Source: Marsupella aquatica (taxonomy: Eukaryota; Plantae; Marchantiophyta). Taken from it: a stretch of 64,000 nucleotides of DNA. The notes below the pieces were generated by a model. The model saw only the letters and a program-made list of their open reading frames with translations. It searched no databases and had not been told where the DNA came from. Positions 24,230-36,782 of the stretch are shown piece after piece; position 1 is the first letter of the stretch, and every line of letters starts with the position of its first letter. The position numbers and the translations under genes are program-made. The stretch spans positions 16,847,420-16,911,419 of the forward strand of contig OZ316898.1 of assembly GCA_973895155.1 (NCBI GenBank), read 5' to 3'.

Positions 24230-25856
24230 TGGTAGTCTCCGGCTACAATCCAACAAAATGTGGGAGTTTGTGTGGATAATTTGCACCTGATCTTTGGCTT
24301 CCTAGGTTGACCAAACATTTTGCTCCAGTCCCCATGTTGCAATTTTTGCAACCACCTCTCATTTTGTCTTCTTTCCATAGCCACAGGTTCTTATCCAAAG
24401 TAGAACACAATGGTGACTTAGGTCTCACATGACCCCACTCATATATGAAAGAAGATTGAGTGGAATGCCTCTAGTACTTTTCCTAGTGTTGGTGGTGCAC
24501 TCACTTTGGGAAAGAAATTGGGGACATACATTGATGGGTTCTTTAGCATGAAGTGCTATAGACTGTGAAGACAATGCAGGTCAGAATTGTAAGTAACAAA
24601 TTCATACCGGTTTTTCTCAATAGAGTCAAATTCTTCCACCATCCCAAGGCAAGAAGAAACGAAGCCATACTTTTCATGATTCTCGTTTGGAAGGAAGGAG
24701 AAAGACAGAATAATTATTAAACCAAAGCTGCCATTATAAAAGGACCCCTACCCCGCCCTTGTTCATTTGATTAGCTGAGTAGTGTACCTACCATGCAGGA
24801 TCTCCCACTCACTTCCCATCTAGGACCCTCATACCCTACAGAAGCTTTTTCGGTATTTTGTTAAAAAATATGAACTGCTATTAGACACTGATTTTTAGAA
24901 CACAGATTCTGGTGAGGTGTACATCTTGTACCATAGATGGCCCCATAGTGAGCTAATGAGATAAATCTATATTCTAAAATTCCCCAAAGTAAGACATGCT
25001 CATGTGTATAACCCTATTGTACTGCATGTAGGATGAGTACTAGGGTTTACCCAGCACTTTATGCAGGAACTTCTGGGAACTTCCCAAGTCCAAGCTTGCT
25101 GTATCCTGGTCAGGAATCTGCAGCTTTGCCCATGAGGACTGTAGTCAATCGCCATGCCTAGTTAGTGCACTAGGGTTTTGCCTCGTAGGACTTGCAAGGT
25201 AGAGAAATTTAGGCATGTTCTTTTGCAGTGCTCTACTCCTCGCTCTTTGGCCAATGTCTGCACTTTACAGCCCCAAAAGCTCGAGAGATGCAGCAAACTA
25301 ATGTGGCCAAAAGAAAGCAAAAGAGGTACTAGTCTACTAGAGGACAAATGCAACGAAGCAAAGAGAAAAGAAAAAGTAAAAACGAGTGTGTCAGGAGTGC
25401 CTCTTCAGTCTTTACCTTGGCCGACCTTATTTCGAGGGGTTCTGAAAAGCCTATAGTCCTCGAGCCCAATGAAAGGTGGGTGACGAAGCAACAAGTGGAC
25501 CAAACTTCGAGGGCTTCTCTCTGATCACTATTATTATCACTTTTTAGAGGCATGTCCACAATTATCTTCATTTGAATTTTAGGGGATAGGAGGCACACCC
25601 TAAACTGATGGTCCCATGGAGGGTATATGTGAGTGGGTGGGATGAGTTTTGTGGGTAGTGGATGGGAGTTCTGATTATCAACTCGGCCCCTGGTTGTGTA
25701 CTTGCTGCCCTTGCTTTACTCTCTCGCTTCTGTGCGGGTCCTGTTGGATCATGGAGGCTCACCCTGAAATGGGTTCCCTACAAAAAAAGTGTCACTGTTG
25801 GGGTGGGGAGAGACTACTAAATATTCTTCCCCATTTCAGTTCAAGACAATAACAAC

Positions 25857-26263
25857 GAAAATGATGCTCCTATGGACCCAGGTGACAAACTATACAACCA
25901 GCGTGGACCATGACATCTGTTACTTGTTTGCTCATTGACTCCCTTCTACTTTTCATAGCAAACTTTGACCCTCAATACCTCCACTAATGGATTGCCATTT
26001 ATTGGGCTCCTAGAAGGGGAGGGAGGAGAAGGGAAACCACGGCTGCAAATTCTATTAATTTAATTCCTAGGGGTTGAGAGGCCACCCAAAAAATGATGCT
26101 CCAATGGACCATGCTCATGAACCATGCAACCCACGTACCATAACAACTTTTACACTTTCACTCATTGACAGTGTTATCATTTTCAATGTTTTCACTAGCA
26201 AAGTTTGACCTTCTATACCTGCATTGAATCCAACGGAATCCACTTTTCTTGGCTCATTAGAGG
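25857..26263. repeat. Two diverged tandem copies of a MULE-TIR-like sequence (third partial copy near 14783)
   Basis: AAAATGATGCTCC(T/A)ATGGACC starts both copies (near 25857 and 26090), followed by colinear CTCATTGAC, TAGCAAA.TTTGACC, ATACCT and GGCTC..TAGA.G. GAAAAAGATGCTCCTATGGACCC also occurs near 14783. Confidence 0.6.
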
Positions 26264-26577
26264 CTGTTTGGAAAGATCTTCCAACAAGTCTGATACATTC
26301 AAGGTCTGATATATCTGGTTTTAGATGAGTTGAGGTGGTAATAGAATTATTTTGGCTCAAGCTAGCTCTCACTGTCCACACTTTACACTCTCAAGTCTCA
26401 AGCTCAAGCAACAGTTTTTCAGCAGCCAACTTTGGACATAAAGTTTCTCCCTAGGTAATTCAATGAAATAACATTTTCCTAGTTCTTTAGAAACTGCTTG
26501 GAAAGATCTTCCAAATGAGATTGAGATTAATATGGTCAATATTTTATTTTATTTTATTTTATTAATATATATTTTTT

Positions 26578-26603
26578 GGGGGGGGGGGGGGGGTGGTGGG
26601 GGG
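26578..26603. repeat. Poly-G tract
   Basis: Long G run followed by TGGTGGGGGG. Confidence 0.85.
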
Positions 26604-29046
26604 AATTGAGAGACATCCAAATTTCCAAAGATGACTGTCTTGTTTCACTGTGGCATTCAAGAAACAGGTGCAATAGGTAGTATATATATGAGCATAGAGG
26701 AGAATTTTCCTGTAAATCCAGTTGGATTGGTAAATCTATACATCCAAGCATTTTGGCAACATAACCCGTGACAAAAATGGCATTGTAATAATTAATCTAT
26801 TAAAAGCGGAAAATAGTGATATTTGACAAAGTAAAGTGGTAATCTATTGAAGATCTCACTTCTGCAAAAATGACATATCATGTGCGATACATCTTAGAGT
26901 CAAATTATTGATTCTAAGGAAAGAATATAATTGTGGAAGAAATTTTGGGTCTTTTGGAACCAGTTTTCATATTTAATAGAAACAATAGGTTTGACAAGAC
27001 TAAATCTTGAAATACTCCAAGAATATGTTAGGTTATGCCTATACCTATTGCTTCCATATATACTACTAATTAGGCTTCAACAGACTCGGAGAACTAATGC
27101 TTATTTGAAATTGAGATTCCTATAGACCATGGCAGGGGGTATACCCAACGGGAACACAAACTTGGGCTCACACTTGAAGTTCACTCTTTAGCAGGACGAG
27201 TGAGAGAGTGAGAAGAGGAGCTCTTCCACGTTGGCTATGGCTTTCTGTCACAACCGGGGACATAGCTCCCGATGGGGTGAACCATCTATTTTCAGTGTCA
27301 TTGCCAATGGATTTCATTCACATGCACTGACGCTATCTTGTTTCGTCTAGATTTGATCATATTAACTAAACATTCCAAATGAGTAGGTGGGTTATATGAA
27401 TATTTTTCTTTTCAAATGTTAGGTGTTTGAACCTTCAAAAGTTGTAGGTGATGGGGCTCCATTTAGTGAGAACCCCCTAGGGCGATCTGACAAAACCCAG
27501 TAAAACTGTTTTACATGTAATGACTTGTCATCAGAATTGACAATTGAAGCCAACAGGCAAGTGTGTCGAGCCAGGGACAACTCTGTTTGACAATATCCCC
27601 TTTGTTCTATGCAGCATGAGATATCCTCCAGGATGTTTGCTTTTGTCATCAATCAGCCGGTTTGTTGTTTCAGCTGCTGTCCGCTATTCATATAATCCCC
27701 TGCTGCAGACATCCATGATCCATGATTTGTGCTGGAATGGTGAGTAACCATTGGCAACTCAACCTGTAGATCCATTTACCCATGTTAACCAAACAATGTT
27801 ACCCAGTCAGTGACAACTCACCCTAAGGGTTTAGGTAGAGAAATTAAACGATGGAGTTGTGAAGTTGACGGTTGGATGCACCACAACAGTTTACCCTCCA
27901 ACCCTTGAACTCAAAAGCAGCAGAAAGCTTTTGAGATGCAAAAGGTGTGACAATTTCAATTCAAAGAACAGAAGTCTATCAGGGTAGGGGTGGTCCATCT
28001 AACATGATTTTATGGAGGAAAAAAGCCTAGCAGGATTAAACTTGGAAATATTACTGGATTTTCCTGAAACAAAAGAGGTTCTGATCCCAATTTGAACACC
28101 ACAGTATGCAATCCCCTTTGTCTTCCATGGTATGTTTACTTCAAGTGTGAGGTAGGCACTGGCTCTGGCCATTGGATGAAGAAGGGTGCCTTTTTTCTAG
28201 ACCATTAGATCTTTCCAAAGGACGGCTAAACACCCTGAAACTTTTGAATATAGACAAGAAACCTAAACCATTGGAGTTTTTGGATCAACTCATGCAATTG
28301 AGCACTGGCTAACAAACAAGACGGCAAGGGAGACAGTGGAGGACTGCGGGCAACAACACAAGGGGAGGGGAGAGCCATTGGATGATCAATTTTGACAATT
28401 GAGATTAGAATTAATAAATTAATGGTGATGGTGCTGACAGTACTTTAAATAAATGGGCATTCTTTTGGGGTTTCAATTTGTGCCATTTGCACTCTATTAA
28501 TCTAGACACATCAACCACCTAAGTTTTGTCAAAGGAGCACACAAAACACTATCAAAGTCTAATGTTGATGGCATATTCTTTAGTGCGAGGACATAGGTTA
28601 TAACTTGTATGGTAATAGAACTTTTTTATTATCAGACAGTCAGGTTTGCCCTCTGTCTCCAGGACCTTAATACTTTTACCTCTCAAGGTATGGTGCAAAG
28701 GCCTAAAAAATGTTTCTACATTTTGAGCTTTTCCCTTGAAAACAATGTCAACATAGAGAAATCAACGTTTTACACCAAAAAATGCTTAGAACATTCATAA
28801 CATGTGTCCTAAATTTTATTTGGAAGTATCATCAGCAATACTTCAATTTTGATTGCCTGGACTCAAATTGTAAATAGTTATTTCTTACCTGTGAACTTGA
28901 TAGTCAGAGACGTTGTACTTGATGGGTCTCATGAGTGATCCTGTTGGTAGACCTGAAATCCACATAACCAAAACCCATGAGATCAATCATGGAAATGTTT
29001 CTTGATTGATAGTCACTATGAAAATGCTTGTAAGCCGGGCAAAGGG

Positions 29047-29334
29047 CTCGGGGGGTTAACTTAGTGTATATTTTGGGGTACCACGTGCGATCCTAGCCTA
29101 ATATAAACACACATATTTTATAATGAGAATATTATAAAAATATTCTCTATTTTCAATACTAATGACCTATTTTACTTTATAAAAGGTATATATTAGAGAA
29201 TATTCTACAAATATAGGTTTATAATACCTTCTTTTGCTTTTTACGCTTTTTAAAAATTTAGCTAATTTATATGAAAAATACCTATTTTTGGATCGCACGT
29301 GGTTCCTAAGATAGTTGATAGTCAACCCCCCGAG
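29047..29334. mobile_element. 288-bp MITE with about 47-bp imperfect TIRs and an 8-bp TSD
   Basis: Left CTCGGGGGGTTAACT...ACCACGTGCGATCC; right GGATCGCACGTGGT...AGTCAACCCCCCGAG. Perfect TSD GCAAAGGG at 29039-29046 and 29335-29342, with an AT-rich core. Confidence 0.88.
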
Positions 29335-32300
29335 GCAAAGGGAAACTGGGTCTGAAAACCCTATCTGAGCGTTCACTTGCGTGTTGGGGTAGACTTTTCT
29401 TCTTCTTTTATCTTGAAAGGAATCCTTAACTCATGAGAAAGTAAAATCCAGTAAAACTTGGAGTAAAAAGGTCACATCAGAAAAGATCAACGACCAAACA
29501 ATCACTTGGAGATCAGATGCGTCCAATCCTGAGGACAAGGGTAAAACCAGGAACTAAAGTGGCATGTAACAACATGTCATTCACACCATAACAAAGGGAA
29601 AATGCCAATACAAGGGCCAACTCAGCCCCAAAGAATACAGAGAGGAAACAGAATACTGAACGACTGTCTCAAGGCTAAAATCCAATACTGATTAACCATA
29701 TGTAAACTAAACCTATTCGCCTGGTCCCATAATGTTTTTGATTTGTTTGAGTCCTAAGTGAGTCCCAATAATTGCACATCAAAAATTGGCCACCAGATTC
29801 CTATTACTAAATAATTATTTAATTAAAATAATTAGGTTTATCATGGTATGAATTTGGGTAATACAAAGTTTGATGTGCAATTACCAGGAGAGTCCAGGTT
29901 GGTAGATTGCATTTGGCAGCCCAAGTAAAAAAACCACTTGCATGAAAATCCTGAAGCGCAAAGGTTTATTTTGGTTCCCCCCATCTGTGGCGTTCACGCA
30001 GAATAAATGAATTTTCTTTATTTAATTTTCTTTATTTAATTTTGGTTGCCTTGAAATGGCGTTCAAATTGGCCAGAGGATGAACCTAGAACCGAAAGATC
30101 CCAGGTTCAATCCTTCTTCCACACGCAAGGGGTGTGGAAGGTATTGTGTGTGTGGGTGGGGTGTAATGGTGGGAGTGGTGATTGCCCCTCAGCCCCTGGC
30201 TGCCTTACATAGAAATGCATGTTCTAGAATAGTAAGTCTATCCACGGTTGGATGGCCTTGCTTTAGGTTTTGAAGGCAAAATAAAAATAAAAATGACGTT
30301 CATAAGGGCATGGAATGAATTTGGTCGATTGCAGCTGGCAGCCCACGTCGAAACATAAACCATTTGCATGGAAAGCCTGAATCGTAAGGGTTATTTTGGT
30401 TGCCCTGAAATCTCGTTCAAACGGGCATGCAAGGAGCCGAAGTGAGCCACGCCAATCACAAGGCGTTCGGAGATCCTTGGTGCCCGGGAAAAGCGGTCAA
30501 GCTGGCAAACCGGGGGATTGGGGGAAAATTCCAATCTCGGATGTTTTCTGGTTGCCGGGCACAAGCTCCGATGATGACTGTGCAGAGCTTTCACTTCAAC
30601 TGCCCGCAACGAATGTGCACTCTGGCACCCGCGAAGTCGCGTACCCCCAAACAAAGATTAATCCCATTTTTTACTTGTCATATAAGTAAACTACTCCATT
30701 CAAGAAAGAGAAAATAAAAAGAACCCACAAAAAACCAACACAACAAAAAGATGTCGTAGCATGAAACTTTCAGACAGCCCGGCGTCCTTTGGCTGCCCGG
30801 TAAATAAGGGCACAGATAAACGACAACTCTCCGACAAAGGAAAAAACAAATTCATTTTTTTTTGGCCCATCCGCGAATTTCCCGAGGGTAAAACCGGAAC
30901 TGTTCAATCCAATCACCAATTCAGAATAATCGTTTATTTATGTTTTTGCAAGAGAACATGCTAGGAATATTTTTAATCTGATTTTCTAAGACTACTTTTG
31001 ACCGTTACATCGCCCAAACTTTCAGGATAGCCAGTAGATTCTGGCTAATGGGGTCAAGAAGGGTTCAATCCAATATTTTTTCTCCATAAAATAGCACCTT
31101 ACTTATGGGAAAAAAAAACCCCAATAAAGGACTGGGAGTAAGAAGCCAGATCAAAAACCATCAGCAAGCCAACAACCAATCAGAATATATTCAAACCCGA
31201 GGGAAAGAGAAAAAGGAGTAACTATGAGTGTAAAAGTAAACAGAGTCACACCCCAAAGAAAAAAACCTGAGCAACATCAATCCAATAATCTGAGTGTCGT
31301 CAAGAAAAAAACACAAAGGTCTATTAAAGGCTGAACAAATTCAGGTTGACAAATCCTGAAGAAGTCATTTATTCCAACACTGGAACTCATTTATTTCAAC
31401 GCTTTGGGTCACACTCTTAGAATGATGCTACCTGCTAAACCCATTGTATTTATTTAGGTGTCAGAGTGATCTCTGATTTTTCCAAGTGTGAAATCTTGTG
31501 TGTAAAAGGACTCTGGTGAGCCCACTTTGCAAGAGGGGTTTGGACTAAAGCTGGTCTATTTTGGAAACTTTAACTCGCAAACTCACTTGCTACAATTAAG
31601 ACTGACACCACTGGGCTTTGCAAATTAAATTCCAATTGATATCCAGGGAGATACTAAATGTCATGGTTAGATTCTCAAAAACATAAATTGGAAATGCAAA
31701 GTGTATAGTGAGTGAATAGAGTAATCTTTAGAAAGTTAATAACTCTCTCAATTTTTCAAGACATATGAGATGAATTGGAAAGAAATCGCTTCTAACTAGC
31801 CCAGGAAGAACTAATATTATTGAATAATAAGGGTCATACTAGACCTGGGGGGTTTTGCTTGATGGGGCTCCTCATATGATAATGCAATATTTTTGGGTAA
31901 TGAAACACACTAAAGAGAATCTGATAACAAATTTTGGTAGTAACACGCTAAAGATATGAAACAAAATTTATTTTATTAATTAATCCGTGGACCCCCATGT
32001 TCATCCAAGGAATGTGTGTGTGATTAAGTGAAATCATTTTTTCATCAAGGTGGTAACTGACGATTTTGAGTCTCCCAATGGTGTTGGTGTGAGCTCATAC
32101 AAAAACAAATGCTCAAAAGATAGAGATTTATCAAACGAAAGGTTGAATGTGGAGGAATTGAGTTTTTTTTATAGGTTTTGCTTACACATTGGAGAAATCA
32201 TCTTTCAACCATTTGTTGATTAATTGTTTGTGAGTTACATTGAGCATTACCGCCACAAGACAGACTGGAGCACAACACTCAGTTGTTTGCAAAAGAGCGA

Positions 32301-32569
32301 TTGTCGATTTGGTGGGAAGAACACACAAAACGAACAAGCCATCATTTCAAACAAAGGATTTGTAGTTATTTTTAAGAAAGCTATGGTGTGAAGGGAAGAC
32401 CAACAATTGTTTCTTTGATATAGAGGCTGCATTTGGCGTCAACCTGTGTTTTCAGTTGAAGACTATCTAAGAGATGCGAACAATTCAAGCCGGGAAGCAA
32501 GCATTGTGGACCAGCGATGACGACGTAATCAAAGAAATCAATTTGTAGTGTCTAAGTTTGTGATGGTGA

Positions 32570-33080
32570 CGAGATTGTGATATCTCTTAATCGAGAAAGG
32601 GTTTCCAATGAGCCTCAAATTGACAAATTTTGTCAAGTTCCATATGAGTTTTTGAATTTCTTTGCCTTTCCAATGAGTGTGAGTATAATAAATTTTGATC
32701 ATGAGTTCATGAATTCTTTTAGCTTTCTAACATTGAATCCGACATTGACAAATTCATGTCAGATTTTGTCACGGTACTCAAGAGATCAGGCAATTTTCAA
32801 TCTCTTTAGCTTCTAATGTGTGACATTGAGATTATTTGTCAAGAAATAGAGAGATCATGAGTATCTAAATTTCTCTAGCTTTCCAATGAACCTAACATTG
32901 ATAGATTTTGTCAAGTACTAAGGAGATGATGAGTTTTTAATTTTACTCTAACTTTCTAATGAGTGTGACATTGAGATTTTATCACGACATTACTAAAGAG
33001 ATCATGAGTTTCTAAATCTTGATCTTGAATTTTCCAATGAATCAAACATTGACAGATTTTATCAAGTACTAAGGAGATTT
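32570..33080. repeat. Diverged minisatellite, unit of about 70 bp, roughly 7 copies
   Basis: Recurring ACATTGA..GATTTT.TCAAGTACTAAG.AGATCATGAGTTT.TAAAT....TAGCTTT(C/T).AATGA units. Confidence 0.8.
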
Positions 33081-33498
33081 ATTATTTAGTTTTACAATGT
33101 GAAGCCAAAGGGATTTTAACTATGTACATTTACAATTAAAAAATACAAGCATTTTGATATAAAACACTGATATATCTTTGACAAACATCAAAATGGTAAC
33201 TTTGTTTTACTAAATGACATCTCTTCCTTTGTATTTTGGTTTTTGTTACGTTTAATATTTACGGCATGGCGCCCCAAAAATTACATTGCTTTTGTCACAA
33301 ACAGGAATGTGCACATTTGTTATTGCTAAAAGTAGGATCATTCCTGTTTGTGGCTGGTTGTGGTGATGTGGAGCAACCTCATGGCAGAGAATTTGCAAGA
33401 GACCCCTAATGGGGGTCCGTAAAAACAATTCCTAGGAATATTCTAGAAAATAAATAAATTCTACAACACTAGCTTAAGAACTTTTGTGCTCTTATACA

Positions 33499-33500
<2 letters not shown>

Positions 33501-33552
<52 letters not shown>
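33501..33552. repeat. (AT)26 microsatellite
   Basis: Uninterrupted AT dinucleotide run. Confidence 0.95.
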
Positions 33553-33554
<2 letters not shown>

Positions 33555-34149
33555 CACTGACCCCAATTAAAAGCCCTTTATCTTTATGCAAGCAAGGTTG
33601 GAAGAAAAAAGTGAAGACCTTGGTATATTAGATCTCTACTCTTAAATTCTGAGTGGTGCATATCTGGTTTTTATAAACCGTGCACAAGAAATTGGGTGAC
33701 CCGATCTACTGAACGTCTTTTGGCACCTAGAAAGTGTCAATGAGTGAAGGTAGAAAAAGTGTCAGGGTCCATGAGTGTTGCCGACCTGTCTCATGGGAGC
33801 ATTATTTTGACAAAGTAATGCTATTGGGTATAAATTTAATTGAGATGTCGAAACCAACAAACAAAAAGACGGCCGATGGTGTTCGTGAAGGGATTTTGTT
33901 TGTCTTATTGCTTAATTGGTAGGGGTCAGGTGTACTATGCTGTTTTCCTCCAAGTTTCGACAAACGTTTAACCCAAAACATTTGCAACAGTGACCTCCTT
34001 GTATTTTAGTGGACGGGCAAGGACTGTAACTTCTAGCAGCCCAGACGGGCAGCGGGATTATTTGAGGGGCTGGGAATCCTGGATGCATCATAGAGTGAAC
34101 TTTGAACTGGAGGAAGGAAGGGTGTGGCATAGGAAAGCTGGGTAAAGTT

Positions 34150-34433
34150 ATTTATACTAATTGCGTACGAGTCACTCTAATTACAGGTTATATGAAGTCA
34201 CCTATTTGGTCTCACTAATTGCGTTGTACGCCTTCAACATTACACACTGACAATCAAAGTATAAAACATGATTCAAGGGGACTCTCAATACAAAGTAAAA
34301 TGTGTGACTTAACATACTTAATTAGTTATTAGTGTGATTAGAAATAAATGTTCACACAATTTAGTGTGAGTCACTCTAATTTAAGTTTGGTGTCACATTA
34401 AGTATATACTCACATTATCTAAAGTGGACAGTG
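34150..34433. mobile_element. Second, left-eroded copy of the 17482-17823 element
   Basis: Shares CTCTCAATACAAAGTAAA.., CATACTTAATTAGT, AAATGTTCACACAATT.AGTG..AGTCACTCTAATT and the right terminus GTGGACAGTG|TAG. Confidence 0.7.
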
Positions 34434-36461
34434 TAGTGTATGTTACTCCAAGTGACAACAAAGTTTCAACCCAAAAACAGTTGTGACATATAATGCTCTT
34501 AAAAACACTTTTACTAATTTTATGAAAAGTAAATGAGAGCCTTCCTAAAGAGATGACGCATAACACTAAGTAAGAACAGTGTAATTGTTGTAGAAGATTG
34601 GAATTTGTAGCGCCCAGTAGCTTGTAGTGGGCACATCGGAGGGAAGGGTCCAGACTCCAGAGGAGGGTGCTTTCAAGTCGGGGCTAAACTAACGGGACCT
34701 GGGTGGAGTTAGTGGGGTCGAAGGCATTGGAACAACACGATGTGGGTGAGCATTAATTCACTGCCCAAAGCCAGAACTCGGTCCACTCTCGATGGGCTTT
34801 CCCTTGTGCCGCTAAGTGCAGGGGTGGTTCCAAAGGACAACTTACTCCTGCCTGTTGATACCCTGTTCCCAATTTCCCCATTTAGGTGTTATTAGTTTGG
34901 CATCAGCTCAAGCATTCAATCATGATGATTATGGTACGGTACTGTACTGTACTTGAATAATAAATATTGATAGGTGTTCTAAACATTGCCCAGGTTATGC
35001 CAAACATCGTGGATATGATTATTGGTTAGTGGTCGTATATCAGTTAGAGTAATTTTAAATTGTTTTTTCTATCGAAGTGGATTACAGACAGATACTGTAG
35101 AGTATTTGGGAACCACCGACCTCTGAATCTTTGCCAGTGTTAACAACACCGGGATGACCTTTTACTCAATGGAGACTTTTGGGCTTCTTGGGGTCTTTTC
35201 GGTTCCCTTTTCCTGCTTTATTGGGTCTTTGGCCTTTCGAATCCTTCCTCCAGGCTTGGCATTTCTGCTATGATAGATATGTGTAGATTGAGTCAAATCA
35301 TTTTTCTGCTGTTTTGAGTGGACGGGGTAGCATCCAGAACAAACATTGGGCAACCCAGCAAGAAAATAGCATTCTTGGGGGACCCCAAAAATTTGAGGTG
35401 GATTAGAAGTGAATTTGCTCATCCACTTGGAAATTAGAATCTCTAAAACTTCAGCCTAACATAGAATCACAAAATGATAATTTTCTACATTTATGGGATT
35501 TCATTAAATGAATAGTCACTAGTGCACAATGGCTGTCCATGTCAGTGTTTCCTTGTTACCGCGGTGCAGCCGGGTTGACAGCATATACTGCTGGAACCAT
35601 GCTGGCGACAGGGTTGAATGCATGCTTGAAGAAGCTAGAGAGAGTAGTACAAGCATGTACTTTGGATTTCTCATAAATATGTACACCCTCAAACTAAATG
35701 AAATGGGTACAATAACACTCTGTCAAGCCGATATTCTGGCTTATAATCGCCAAGGGTGATTCTAAGTCAGAGCACCCAACTTGATTGGGTGTCAACAAAC
35801 TCAAACCGACAAGGACGTTTTTGAAATACAACTCGATGATAGTGACATTTTTGCCTTTCTGTCCTACCAAAGCTCTTACATCCACCAGCCTGGCCTGTAA
35901 TATGAATTGAGCTGAAAACATGCAAACATCATTCTGTCTTGTAGGCATACAGCAATAGAAAGAGCAAATATCTGGAATGGTTTAAAGCACAGTGGCACTA
36001 CAGAAAGGGACCCTGCCCCTAACTGGTCATTATTCATTTGTCAAGGTCAACAGTAGACCAACCGAATAGGCTCCCACTAAATTATCATCATAAGACCCTC
36101 ATACCATAAAGCATGGTTACTTGCTCTCTTGAAAAATATGAGTTATTTTAGATGCAATCAATTGTGGAGTGTATATCTCTACTCATCTATATTCTGAGCC
36201 ATAGATCCTCCTAGTTGGTGAACTATTGAGATGACACTTATACTCAGAAATCCCCCCAAATAAGGTATTTCGACTGTATAGATGAGTTTATTCCATGTGA
36301 AATAAGTTACACCAAGTATTCCATAACACATATTAAACTGCCAAAAAACAAAAGGCATCCAACCCAAAAACGTCATCCCAGGCAAACTACCCAATCCAGG
36401 TGAGACAACCATATAGAGCCAAAAGTGCAAACAAACTAACTTGTGGTGTAATAGTGCATCT

Positions 36462-36782
36462 TGTTGAGCAAAGACAACTTTCACAACCCATGATCATCCA
36501 ACGCACAAGTAGTCAACATAGATAGATATGTGATTTGCTTTAGTTGAGGCTACATCCATGGGAACACACTAGAGATTTATTACACTCTAAGTCTATCAGT
36601 CATACCAAGTTCCTGCAGTACAAGATCCCCCCCTCTCTCAACTGGCTTCATAACAATGAGCCCGAGTAACACTGCTTGGGGATGTAGTGTGCAACATAGT
36701 TAACCAAACCTAGTTTGTGACAAATGTCAGCCCTAACTATGGTTACAGGCATAACCCTAGACCTAGGAGTAAATGCCTAACA
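36462..36782. mobile_element. Solo LTR (321 bp) of an LTR retrotransposon
   Basis: Begins TGTTGAG, ends CCTAACA (TG..CA with TGTT/AACA inverted ends). Flanked by a perfect 5-bp TSD CATCT at 36457-36461 and 36783-36787. A homologous copy lies near 10163-10504. Confidence 0.85.

Noticed and set aside
10163-36782. A single 26-kb LTR retrotransposon bounded by the two LTR copies
   Set aside because: The right copy has its own matching TSDs, the copies are strongly diverged, and no gag-pol remnant was seen between them.
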